Assembly (NCBI GenBank): GCA_013239625.1
Contig: MU054187.1
Span: forward strand, 4,661,757 to 4,725,756
Origin: Lama guanicoe
Taxonomy: Eukaryota
Length of the DNA: 64,000 nt
Reading direction: 5' to 3'
A program made the translations under genes and the position numbers. Within the stretch, counting starts at the first letter, position 1; each line of letters starts with the position of its first letter. Shown one piece after another: positions 49,272 through 60,969 of the stretch. The notes under the pieces are model-generated. The model was not told the DNA's origin. It saw only the letters and a list, made by a program, of their open reading frames with translations, and searched no databases.

Positions 49272-51428
49272 CAGGTGTGCCTTCTTTTATTGCCCTTTGT
49301 TTTATTCTGCTTTGCAAATACTGCTTTTTTTTTTTTACAAATTGAAGGTTGGTGGCAACCCCACATCACGTAAGTCTGTCGACGCCATTTTTCCAACGGC
49401 AGTAGCTCACTCTGTGTCTCTGTGTCACATTTTGGTAATTCTTGCAATATTTCAAATGTTGCTATTAGTATGTTTGCTGAGGTGATCTGTGATGTCACTG
49501 TTGTCATTGTTTTAGGGCACCGTGAACCATGCCCATACAGGACAACAAACTTAATAAACATCGTGTGTGTTGTGACTGCTCCACCTGCCGGCCGCTTGCC
49601 TGTCTCTCTCCCTCTCCTCGGGCCTACTTCCTGAGACACAACAATGTTGAAATTAGGCCACTTAACATCCCTCCGGTGACCTCTAAGTGTTCAAGCGAGG
49701 AGTCCCACATCTCTCCCTTTAAATCAAAAGCCAGAAGTGATTACGCTTAGTGAGGAAGGCACGTGAAAGCTGAGACAGACTGAAAGCGAGGCCTCTGGCA
49801 CCAGACAGCTGGTCAAGATGTGAGTGCAAAGGAAAAGTTCTTGAAGGAAATTAAAAATGCTGCTCCAGTGAACACAGAAATGATAAGAGAGTGAACCAGC
49901 TTCACCGCTGAGATGGAGAAGGTTTTAGTGGTCTGGATGGAAGAGCAAACCAGCCACAACATCCCCTTAGGCCAAAGCCTCGCCCAGAGCCAGACCCTAA
50001 CTCTCTTCAGTTCTTTGAAGGCTGAGAGAGGTGAGGGAGCCACATGAGGAAAGTGTGAAGCCAGCAGAGGTGGGTACATGAGGCTAAAGGGAAGAAGTCA
50101 TCTTCAGAATATCTCGGGGCAGGTGAAGCAGCAGGTGCAGGTGCAGAAGCTGCAGCAAGTTCTCCAGAAGATCCGGCTCAGATAATTCATGGAGGTGCTG
50201 CGCCAAGCAGCAGATTTTCGGTGTAGACAGAACAGCCTTGTTTCGGAAGGACATGCCATCTGGGACTTTCCCAGCTGGAGGGGAGAAGTCCTTGCCTGGC
50301 TTCAAAGCTCAAAGGACAGGCTGACTCTCTCGTTAGGGGCTAAAGCAGCTGGTGACTTTGAGGTGAAGCCAATGCTCATTTACCATTTCAAAAATCCTAG
50401 GGCCCTTAAGAATGATGCTTTTAAAAAAAAAATGCCAAATCTACTCTGCCTGTGTTCTGTAAATGAAACGACAAAGTCTGGATGATAGCACATCTGTTTA
50501 CAATATGGTTTACTGACCATCTTAAGCCCACTGTTGAGACCTACTATCCAGAAAAAAGCTTCTTTTCAAAATATGACTGCTCGCCGACAACGCACCTGCC
50601 ACCCAAGAGCTCTGCTGGAGAAGGACAGTGAGAGTCGCCGTGTTCCCACACCTGCTGACACAACAGTCCTTCTGAGGCCCATGGGCCAAGGAGTAATTCT
50701 GACTTTCTGGTCTTATTATTTAAGAAATACGTATGTCATAAGGCTTCATCTGCCATAGACAGGGGTTCCTCTGCTGGATCTGGGCAAAGTCAATGGAAAA
50801 TCTCCTGGAAAGGGTTCATTGTTCTAGATTGCCATTGAGAACATTCATGATTCATGGGAAGAGGTAAAAAATACCAGTATTAACAGAAGAGATGCTTGGA
50901 AATAGTTGACTCCCAGCCCCTACAGGTGGCTCCGAGGGGTTCAAGACTTCCGTGGAGGCAGTGACTGCAGACGTGGTGGGAACAGCAGGAGAACTAGGTT
51001 AGCAGAGGGGCCTGAGGATGGGGCCTAATGGCAGCGGTGTTGTGGAGACCTGAATGGATGAGGAGATCTTACGACTGACCGAAGTGGTACCTTGAGAAGC
51101 AGTCTACTCCTGATGAAGATGCTGTGAAAATTGTTGAAGTGACAGCAAAGAATTTAGAACATATAAACTGAGTGGATCAAGCAGTGGCAGGTTTGGGAGG
51201 ACTGACTCCAATTTTGAGGCTATCAGATGATGGTTAGCACTTTTTAGCAATAAAGTATTTTTTAATTAAGATATGTACTGTTTTTTTAGATATAATGCTA
51301 CTGCACACTAAACAAACTAAAATATAGTGTAAAAACATAACTTTTACATGCACTGGGAGACCAAAAACTTCATGTGACTTGCTTTATTGGGGTGATCTGG
51401 AACCCACAATAGGTCCACAGTATGCCAG
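49272..51428 (+). mobile_element. Near full-length Tigger1 DNA transposon with decayed pogo-family transposase
   Basis: 5' end caggtgtgccttcttttattg..tacaaattgaaggttggtggcaacc; 3' end ..gtatgccag then TA; ORF remnant KDRLTLSLGAKAAGDFEVKPMLIYHFKNPRALKN; many stops and frameshifts. Confidence 0.92.
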
Positions 51429-51752
51429 TATAAAATACATTAGGAAACCACACTGGAAATTTAGTTTAAAACAATTTTCCATAAAATAGAATTTTGTTAA
51501 TCTTGAGCTGAGTTTCATTTTCTTGATATGAAAAATAACTTACATTGGAGATAATTTCATGATAATATTAAATAGCAAGACAAAATCTTTAAAGAATTTT
51601 ATGAAGTGTGGAGATTTTTGAGTGAATAATTATGTTGCTTTTTCTAAACTTCTTCTAAGAGATGAATAATGAGCAAAATTGTTGCAGTTTATCTGTAGGT
51701 GAATGGTTTAAACATGGGGAATATTTAAAAATTTAAAACAAAAATTCACACT

Positions 51753-51758
51753 TTTATT
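51753..51758 (-). terminator. CYP7A1: Probable poly(A) signal of CYP7A1
   Basis: tttatt on + = AATAAA on -, in context CCTTTCAGAAATAAAAGTG, at the end of an ~1.1 kb AT-rich 3'UTR; a more proximal AATAAA lies at 52348-52353. Confidence 0.65.
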
Positions 51759-52870
51759 TCTGAAAGGTGAATCATTTCAACATTATCAAATATTGCAATA
51801 TATTCTTAATATTTGTAGTACAAGGAAAAAGTTAAATATAATTTATATAAATAGATAGAGAAATAGCAATAACAATATTACAGCTGATAACTCAATATTT
51901 AAAATATTCTACCTAACTGTTGTGCACAGTAGTTAAACACTACCGTATAGCCTTATTTTTCTTCCAACTACAAGTCATTTAAAGATAAGTATTTAAATAA
52001 AATACAGTGCCAAGACACATTTAATGGACACGTATCCAAAGCTTTTAGATGGCCATTTTCATCCAGTTTTAATTTTAAAATATATCACATGAGAGCTACA
52101 TTCTTTTCATAGGTACGTGTTTAGTAATATCGGAAAAACTGCCTTTTCTGGAAAAAACCTTCCAATTAATATGGTGAAGGTACAGACAAGATGGTTGAAA
52201 CCTGACATAGACATTAGAGTTTCCAGCAAAAATAAATTAAAACAAAGAGAAAATGCTAAAACCATCTTTAATGTTTTCAGAACATCAAGTTCGTCATTTT
52301 AAAAGCGTTGAATACTGGGTATAGGGAAAGCTGAAAAACATTTTCTTTTTATTAAAAGGCATGATATAGTCCTTTAAAATGTCCTTTATAATATATATGT
52401 GCACTCCGTATCTGGTCAAAAAGTCATGCAGTTTCACTAAAACGTGAATGTGTACCTCTTTCATAACTGTTGGGTGGCTTTTATAAAAGTAAAGCTGTTT
52501 CCTTAGGAAAAAAAAAAACTTATGCCAATTGGAACATCTTCATTCTGGGGGGCGGGGAGGGGTGGGGAAGATTTTTCCTCTGAAAATAATGAAGTTCGGT
52601 CCCTGGCTCACTGAACATTCACTAACTTACTCAAATGAAAACAAATTACTATGCTTCTGGAAACTAGTTGTTTTCACTTGCACATCCTGAAATAGCATCT
52701 GGAAACCATCACCAAAATGTTAAGATTCACACGCGAGCGTTGGTGAACAGAACTGCACCTGCTGCGTCCCTTCCACCCCCGCTAAACGCCACCGTCCGGA
52801 GGGACAGATGAGTGACGGCATTCTTCCATCTTGTTACATCATCAGGTGTCCTCTTTTGCCAACCATACAG

Positions 52871-53170
52871 TCACAGCTGCTTGAGTTTATATTTAAACTC
52901 AATGTCGTTTAACGGTGGCAAAATGCCCAAGCCGGCACGGGACTGGTCCAAAGGGGGACATTTAACTTGGCTCTCCACAAGCTCCAGTTCAAAATAGGAA
53001 AGCATCAGAATCAAAAATTGCTTGATTTCCTGGACAGCAAATAATCTTCCAGGACATATTGTAGCTCCTGACCCAAAGGGCATGTAGTAATATTTTAACT
53101 TGAGTCCGTTACTATAGAACGTGGTCTTTGTCTTCCCGTTTTCATCAAGATAGCGATCATATTTAAAAGT
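52871..53170 (-). CDS. CYP7A1: CYP7A1 exon 6, coding part (heme-binding [10 protein letters not shown], stop)
   Basis: [12 protein letters not shown]...[15 protein letters not shown]...FKYKLKQL*; 300 nt; total CDS 1506 nt = 501 aa. Confidence 0.97.
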   Translation of the reverse strand, partial: TFKYDRYLDENGKTKTTFYSNGLKLKYYYMPFGSGATICPGRLFAVQEIKQFLILMLSYFELELVESQVKCPPLDQSRAGLGILPPLNDIEFKYKLKQL

Positions 53171-53759
53171 CTGCAGCAAAGATACAGAGAAAATAAATTT
53201 ATAAGCTAATTTTAAAGGAATTTATCTTTTTCTTAACCTGGAAGCTCCAAAGAGTAATTTTCTTTTTTTTTAATACAGTCTTTTCGTAATTTAGCAAATA
53301 CCCCACCTTGAATCAGAAAGTGATGAGGAAGGAACTTAAGGAGAACAGATGGGGATGGGAAAGCTTTATGCGTCCCGTCCTGCCTGGGTGACTAGTTCCT
53401 CCCTCTGATTGGCAGAACTAGACAGAAGGATTCAGATCAGAAACGAGAGGAGTCAGTACACCAGCCTCTAATTTCCTGGATTTGGGAGCAGAATCTTTTT
53501 AGGAAGAAGAGCAGCAGCAATGGTGTTATCACAATTGCAGATATAATCTAGTAGAGATTATGTGATAACAAACACCAGGAGTAAAGATTAAAAAATCAAG
53601 CCATCGTCCAAATTTTCCAAAACATGAATTTTTCACCTAATAAAGGAGGCAATCCTGTGGTTTCAATGATCAAATCAATTCTGTGGTGGTAAATTTCCTC
53701 TCTATTTCAATATGGGTCGATGTCACCTGGATACTGAGCTTTGATGAACAGTCACTTAC

Positions 53760-53935
53760 CAAAGGGTCTGGGTAGATTTCTGGATCTAAATGCATTAACT
53801 GCGGGTAAAGAGCTATGATGTCATCTTTGCGGATGTTGTAGGAACCGTCCTGGAGGTGCAGAGTGAAACCTTCCTTAGCTGTCCGGATGTTGAGGGACGC
53901 ACTGGAAAGCCTCAGAGACTCCTTGATGATACTGT
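53760..53935 (-). CDS. CYP7A1: CYP7A1 exon 5 (K-helix ExxR)
   Basis: [58 protein letters not shown]; tttag acceptor, gtaag donor; 176 nt; not in the ORF track. Confidence 0.96.
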
Positions 53936-55295
53936 CTAAAGATTTTTAAAGGAAGGAAGGAGGCGAGGGAGGGAGGAAGAAGAGAGAAGAAAGTATTTAA
54001 AGGCCACATAATGCAGAGTCTGACACATTTCTAGCAGCCTCTAACACAAAGCTGAGCAGACTACGGGAAGCTGGCCAGATAAAAATTTCCCAGACTCTTT
54101 TCTGTGACCATGACGCTGTGATCAAGATTCAGTTATATCTTAATGTATTTTTAATCTGATAATCTGAGTTAAGAATCTTCTGATAAAGACAGAATCTTCT
54201 TTGTCATCAATGGGAACTAGACTTCCAACATTTTAAGGAAAGATAATCTTGTTTTGACATGATGCTAGACATCAAATATGACTGGGAAAACTCAGATATG
54301 TGAATTATTCAAAGTTTATCACTTTCGAGTTTATCACTCCATATACTACTAACACTTTTATTTAGAAATAGTTTTCCAGATGTTTAATGCAGCTCCACTT
54401 CGGGGTTTGCAAGAACCCATTTTTATCATTACGATCTCTGGTGTAAGATAATTCCCTGCATTCTGGTAGGGACCTAAAGGCACAAAAGGAACATGCTGAC
54501 AAAAGCTAAAATATAAACGAGAAGTTGCTTCCTGACCTTCCAGCCTCCGTCCTTTTAACTGTCATGGTTTAAGTGCTCAGCACATGATTGTGTAAAAGCA
54601 TGGCACTTCAGCACCTTTTTCACAAATGAGAAAATAAGTCCCCCAAAAGTGAAGGGACATGTCCGTGGTCTCCAGGGCAGGGCAGCGCCCCCCAGTGGAC
54701 CCTGTGTCTCTTGCCTCCTGGTCCCTCCCACTAGGACACACTGCCCCTGAAAGCACGTGTTGGCTTCTTTCCTCTAGAGAAACTTCACAAAAACAAAAAG
54801 GGAACCCTTTCTTACTATATAAACAGAGCACTTCAGGATTTCTATAAAATACAGAGAAGCAAATCATTTTTAAATGTAATAACCTTCCGATCACCCCACC
54901 CACGCAGCTAATTGCGGTTTCACGATGGTACCTTTCCCCTTTTATTTCATGAAAGTGTGCTCCCATTAACGATAGAGTTAGTGGCAAGCGCAGGAAGGAA
55001 GCAGGCAGCGCGGGGTACTGCGGAGAGGTGGCTGAGCATATCAGTCAAGCGTCCCACATTAATGCTGCCATTGCTTCCACCATTCCATCCCAGGCAGGAA
55101 CCTAACCTCGTAACAAGCAGTAACCAGTTTCCTCCCTTGTTATACAGAGATGGTCATCGTCCCGGGTCCCAGGACAGCTGGAGGGTCACAAGACAACACT
55201 CCTAGTATAATGCCTACAACAGGTAAGTGCAAGGCATGTACTGAGGATTCCTATGGATGGGACGCAGTCAGTGAGACGGAACACAGCCAACACAC

Positions 55296-55426
55296 CTAGC
55301 ACCGGCATGTCATCCAGCTGTGCTTGATTCAGATAAACCGGATTGCCTTCTAAGCTAACTTTTTGATCAGCGTTCTCTAGTGTCTTGTTTATTTCTTCAG
55401 TAGCTGCTTTCATGGCTTCAGGGTTC
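55296..55426 (-). CDS. CYP7A1: CYP7A1 exon 4
   Basis: NPEAMKAATEEINKTLENADQKVSLEGNPVYLNQAQLDDMPVL(D); acag acceptor, gtgtgt donor; 131 nt. Confidence 0.95.
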
Positions 55427-56884
55427 CTGTTAAAGGTTAAGAAAAAAAAATGTACAGAAAATAAGTTCTTTTCTCTACCAAAAGGCCTGCATTTTCCCCT
55501 TCTTTTAACTAGACAGTCAGGATCCGCAGACGTTGGGGAAGGGGCGCTCCTGTTTATTTTTCACTCTATTTTGTAGTTGTGTTTAAGTCCATGGATATTA
55601 GCAAGAATCGTTGCCTTCACAGGGTCTTGCTAAATAGAAGTAAGACTTTGGCCAGACTTTTAAATAAATGATTCTATTAAGGATTAAATTAGTCAAATGC
55701 ATGGCAATGGAGAAGGAAAATTGCATTTAAAATAACAATTCTGTAGTACTGGCTAAATTGACAAAGGAAATTTAAATGTACTCTTAAAATCCACACCAGG
55801 ATGTCACGAAGCACAGCTTTTCTATTTATATGATAATTGTTTGTTCTAACACTTTGACTTGTGACATGAATGCGACTTCATTTCAGTGCCTTATGTGTAC
55901 CGGGTCCTCAGGGCCATGGTGATGTAACCTGTAACACATCACAGTAAATTGAGTCTCAGAAACGTTTGACTGGTAAGTGTCTATGTGACTGTCATACAGT
56001 GGCTGCTGTCGCTTACATGGTATAAAATCAGTGCTGTAACCTTGCTGTACATATATGACTTTATTCCAGACGGAGCTTTCTTAAGCAAAAACTTTGGAAG
56101 ACATTTAACATTTGTGACAGATTTGTAATGATTGTTTGTACCTAAAATTCTTTAAAAATATTTTTTATATTAAAGACGCAAAGTTACCAGCCATCGATGG
56201 AACCTTGGCATTCCCAATCCTATGGAATAGTAACTTTGTGTCTATGGGATGCTAAACACCCAACTCAACTGAACTAAGAGCCATTTGAAGGTCAAATTTC
56301 CCGAAGATTAACATTTGGGAAAGAAATCACGTTATGCAAAATATACGTTGCATGTAAGTTTTTTGGTATACACAGTTTTCAAAGGCAAAACCAGGCTAAA
56401 TTCCATCAATAATAATGTATTATGACGGATTCGTAGCTATCAGAGGTGGTCAAATAGACAGGAATTACTAGTCGAGTGAAAACAGTCGATGCACCAGGTA
56501 CAGGTACTGTCCTTCTCACTGGACACCAGTAATCACGCAAGTGTATATTTATGATTATTAAGACCAAATTCGTGGACGTAAGGAGGCGTCATGAAGAACA
56601 ACCTGGGGTTAAGAGCGAGGGCTCTGGGTGCAGGCAGCCTGCACTGACCCTGGACCAACACAAGCCTCTCCCTGGGGTGTCTCTGCTGCCGTAAGATGCA
56701 TTTACCAGTCAGAGATGCTCATGTTTTTGGAGGATTGGATGAGCCAATACACTTACAAGAGTGAGTGCCACCTTCTTGATTAACAGCATGAGAAGGTACT
56801 GCAAGTCTTTTTTTTTTTTTTAAGTTAAAATAGTTGAACTTCTGCTTTCAACCAACATAAACACATGACGAAGTCGCTAATTAC

Positions 56885-57462
56885 CTAATCATCTGAAATA
56901 AGCTCCAGAAGGTCGCTGGAATCGTGTTTGCTTGCGACGCCCAGAGGACGGCGAGGAGCGACTTGGCCTTCTCCGCGTCGTCCCGGGTGGAGAGCGTGTC
57001 ATTCAGAAACCTGACCAGTTCCGAGATGTGGTCTCTCCTCCTGAGTTTCTGCAGCCTCAAGCCCTCCGCCAGTTTCTCCCGGGCGTGGCGTCCCGTCTTG
57101 AACACGTGAATGGGGAAGCCTGCTACCAGGGCCGGGAAGATTTTGTCAAACTGCTTGAAGTTGTCGAGGGTATTTAGAATAAGTGCTTTTTGGGCATCCT
57201 GCCCTGTAAGATCTCTGCCAAAGAGCGTGAAATACCCAGCTTCGAACATCACTCGGTAGCAGAAGGAATACATCCCCTCCGTCGCCCAGGCCGCCGCCTT
57301 GGGTTCGGGGACCAGCCGGGCTCTCAGGACAAGCTGGAGGTTCTCCATCATGGTTTCTGTGAGGGAGCCCAAGGCCTCGCCCTGCAGGGTTTTGATGATG
57401 GTTTTACTTATGTTGTCTGTGGTGTTTCCATCACTCGGGTCAATGCTTCTGTGCCCAAATGC
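56885..57462 (-). CDS. CYP7A1: CYP7A1 exon 3 (includes I-helix WASQANT)
   Basis: AFGHRSIDPSDGNTTDNISKTIIKTLQGEALGSLTETMMENLQ...LLAVLWASQANTIPATFWSLFQMI(R); tcag acceptor, gtaa donor; 578 nt. Confidence 0.97.
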
Positions 57463-58255
57463 CTGACGGTAAACGAACGTGTGAAAAAATAAAGTAAGCC
57501 TGACTCAAGACTCATAAATGGCTGAAACACAGATCAGGTGCTTTCATAACTGTCTCCTTGATACCAAAAAAAAAGGGGGTGGGGGAATCGGCCTTCCCAC
57601 ATACAATTTCATAGCACTTTACAAATAAATGGCCCAATCATGCTCTTCAAGGCCAAGTTTAAGTCCCAGGTGTTTGGTGAAACTTCCCTCACAGCCACTC
57701 TAGTCTTCTGTATCTTATTTTTCTCTTGTATCTGCATTTATTTGCACACGAATTTGGTTCTAATCAAGAATGTTTCTAGATCATTAGGTCTCCTTTATAT
57801 TCTATGTACATGTATTTTAACCAGACTTTAAGCTACTTAGTAGCAGAAACCATGTCTAATATTTCTTTGCAGAGACTAAGTGAATATGAATTCACTGTTT
57901 CCTCTGTACAAGAGACTCTTAGATCTCATCTAAGTGATGCCAAAATGTCAATTCCTTCACGAAATCAAACAATTGTTCAATGTTAAGTTTCCAGCAGCCG
58001 CGTGTGCCCTGGGGATTGCGTAGAAATCACTCACATGTGTGAGTTTGTACCGGTCTTATATCTATTTTGGCTTTTTCAAAAGATTAGTTCCAAAAAAGTA
58101 TGTCTAATTTGATTTATTGCGTTTGTAAGAATCTCCCTGTGAGGGTAACCCTCTTTAACATGTCTCACTTCAAATTTAAGTGCATCAGAATGATTAAATA
58201 GATTGACAAGAAGAACATAAACAGACCAAAGGCTTATCAATGCAAAGCTGGTTAC

Positions 58256-58496
58256 CTTTGCAGAAGCAGTGAAGTGAAATTTTTTCCAGTCTAAGTACTT
58301 TCCATGGCACAACACCTTGTGGTACGACAAGGGGTTGGTGATAAAGTGAACGTAGTTTCCCATGAGTTTGCAGGTGAACACGTGACCGTGTTTCCTCTGA
58401 TTGGCTCTGAGGAACTCGAGGGGGTTGGCCCCAAACTGCAGCGCGCAGCCCAGGTACGGGACCCACCCATTCTCCAGAGGCGGTTCACCCACTTGC
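58256..58496 (-). CDS. CYP7A1: CYP7A1 exon 2
   Basis: QVGEPPLENGWVPYLGCALQFGANPLEFLRANQRKHGHVFTCKLMGNYVHFITNPLSYHKVLCHGKYLDWKKFHFTASAK; acag acceptor, gtaac donor; 241 nt. Confidence 0.97.
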
Positions 58497-60028
58497 CTGT
58501 AAGACACAGATGGTTGCTACGGAAAGCTGCACATTGCTCTTGATTTATACCAGGCTTTAAATATTTCACCAGCAACTTTGAAGTTCAAAGTTCTACAGGG
58601 TATAGGTACTTTTTCGTTGTTGGTGGGGGACCTTGCTCCCTACTAAAATAATGAGTTATATTAACGTGAGATACTGGTGGAAATAACTAACCCCATCCAT
58701 CCATCCATCCATCCACGCACGCCTTCAGCAGACACTTACCGGATGTCTAATCTGCGCTCCGCACTCTTCCCAGTGACGAGGGTGAAAGGGACTAAGGGGC
58801 CAGCGAGGCTTTCCCTCTCAGTATAGAGAGGACACCACGTTCTAGTGTTTATGTTTTTTCTAAGCATCATTTGCCTAAGTCTCTCCAAATGTTTTATTTG
58901 ATTGTTTTCTTTAAAGATACAGGATACTGAATAACAGAAAGGATTGCAGAATTGAAGTTTTCAATATCTTCCTAGCTGAAATCTGCTACTATTCTGTGAT
59001 AATAGCCGAAGCAGGGTGGGAGGTCAGGGGAGTCTCTGAGAAATTAGCATACTATAAAGTAAAACCGAGTCAGGTAAGTATTGACAGGATCATCTATTAT
59101 AATTCAGTGCTCTTTCCTGCTGTTTTAAATGTTTTTATTTAAGAATATAATGTTTATTTTCCAACGTACACCACCATCCCTCTTGGTAGAAGAATATAAC
59201 ATAAAATAATTATTTTTATTTTTATAGTTTGCAGGTAAGTAGTTTGATTAAGACTAGAAACTATCAGGCCTGAAAAAATACCATAAAAGGACAAAAATAC
59301 CTGTAAAAGGTGGACAATACATAGCAATCTACATGGCTGGAGGTATGCTGTGAGTAATTCTAGCGTCTGCAGACTGACACAGCAGAGAATATTTACATAC
59401 CACCCCACCCCCAGTACTCTGAGCCAATCAGAAGTTAAACTATGGCTCTGTATCTGACTCTACTTGTCTTTCTTGTCTTCTTGAACCAATCATAAGTGAT
59501 ACATACAAACAAAAAGGATGTCCCATACATTTAGCTGTTCCCCAGTTCACCAGGGTGGATGATCATTAATAAGAAACAAAAGAGGAGTAGAATGATGAGT
59601 GCAATCGCTGTGCCCCTGTCTAACTCAGGCTGAGTCTGTACAACGCAGGGGACCGAGCTGAAAACAGAACGTGCATATAGTCAGAGCATCTGTTTAATCC
59701 CCACGAGAGGAATTTCACATCCCACTCACCATCTGTATTCTTACTAACCTGGACTCTGTACGTACACATAAACACACAGAGGGCTTATGGAATTTCTGTC
59801 AGTTACATTTGGCAAGTGTGAACATTTTTACATTACCACTCACCTACCGATTACATATCATTACCATAAATTTAAATTAAATTTTAAATTGTTTAATTTT
59901 AAAAGAATTAAGGAAGAACATTTAAGAAAAATTTAGCACAGAAAACCAAACTTACTGTATAATAATGAAAGTAAAAGAAAGTTCAATGAATGGACAGAAA
60001 AGCAATTTAAAGATAAAACTTTCCTTAC

Positions 60029-60108
60029 CTTCTCCTCATGCCAAGAATAAGCCATAAACAACAGCACACAGCTGTAACAATCCCCCAGATCAGAGACATG
60101 CTCATCAT
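60029..60108 (-). CDS. CYP7A1: Cholesterol 7-alpha-hydroxylase, coding exon 1 (ER anchor)
   Basis: Minus-strand ATG at 60108: MMSMSLIWGIVTAVCCCLWLILGMRR(R); gtaagg donor; 80 nt. Confidence 0.96.
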
Positions 60109-60193
60109 TTTGCAAAACTAATGCCAAAATTCCGAGGAGGAGAGTCTATGGTGAGAAAGGCAAGGATGTCACAACAGAGACTCCAGCTAGACG

Positions 60194-60202
60194 TTTTATA
60201 TA
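60194..60202 (-). promoter_or_regulatory. CYP7A1: CYP7A1 TATA box
   Basis: TATATAAAA on - strand about 90 nt upstream of the ATG. Confidence 0.85.
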
Positions 60203-60230
60203 CGGTGAGATGCCCTACTTAAGTGACCAA

Positions 60231-60245
60231 AGCAAACAATTAACC
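60231..60245 (-). promoter_or_regulatory. CYP7A1: FOXA/HNF3 site (TGTTTGCT) in CYP7A1 proximal promoter
   Basis: Minus strand GGTTAATTGTTTGCT, the motif known just upstream of BARE-I in CYP7A1 promoters. Confidence 0.75.
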
Positions 60246-60275
60246 ATTCTATTAGAAAAAAAAAAAAACAAAAAC

Positions 60276-60296
60276 TGGCCTTGAACTAAGTCCACA
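60276..60296 (-). promoter_or_regulatory. CYP7A1: BARE-II: HNF4A DR1 overlapping an LRH-1/NR5A2 site
   Basis: Minus strand TGTGGACTTAGTTCAAGGCCA, matching the conserved bile acid response element II (TGGACTtAGTTCA plus TCAAGGCCA). Confidence 0.92.
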
Positions 60297-60969
60297 GTTG
60301 TCAGAAGAGATTCCAAAACAATCAGAGACCTGCAATAATTGATCAGGTGAAGGTCCCTCACACGTATGTTGACTTAACATTCAGACCTTGGAATGACAGC
60401 TAATATTACAAATGTAGTATGTTTATCAAAAGAGTAAATAAATCTGTTCAGGATGAACATACCAAGTAGAGATGCAAAATATAACAATTTAAAGAAAAAT
60501 AAATCGTTAAGCTAATGATTTCATCTTGCTACCTTTTAAAGAAGAAATCAGTTTGAATGATTGGTGAGTGATACAGCAGTCAAGTTCAAAGGAAAGAGAA
60601 CTGGGTGAAAGGTTTCTGCTGCTTCATGTTTCAGAGCTTTTACAAAATCACAGATATTTTACTATATATAGTAACATGTTACTTACCTAACATCCTCAAG
60701 AAAGAAACCGGTGTAAATGCATCTTCCAAATGAACAGTTTATTTTAAAGCATCAAAACTTCATCAGCCATTTTTTTCTAATTGAAAATGTTTATTAACTT
60801 TTCTAGTTGTTAAAGGAATACAATTTCAAATAATTTAAGACCAACTGAAACATACCTTCATTAAAAGTGAAAGCCAGTTCATAATTTATCTCCTCTAGTG
60901 TTCCCCACTCAGAAGTAACAACTGATAACTCTTTGGTATGTAACCTTCCAAACTTTATTTCTATGCACA

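Noticed and set aside
50189..50758. Transposase-like ORFs as a domesticated TIGD-type gene
   Set aside because: Fragmented by stops and frameshifts within a Tigger1 fossil.
51740..52870. miR-33 / miR-122 seed sites in the CYP7A1 3'UTR
   Set aside because: I did not find CAATGCA or ACACTCC on the mRNA strand by eye; a TargetScan-type search would be needed.
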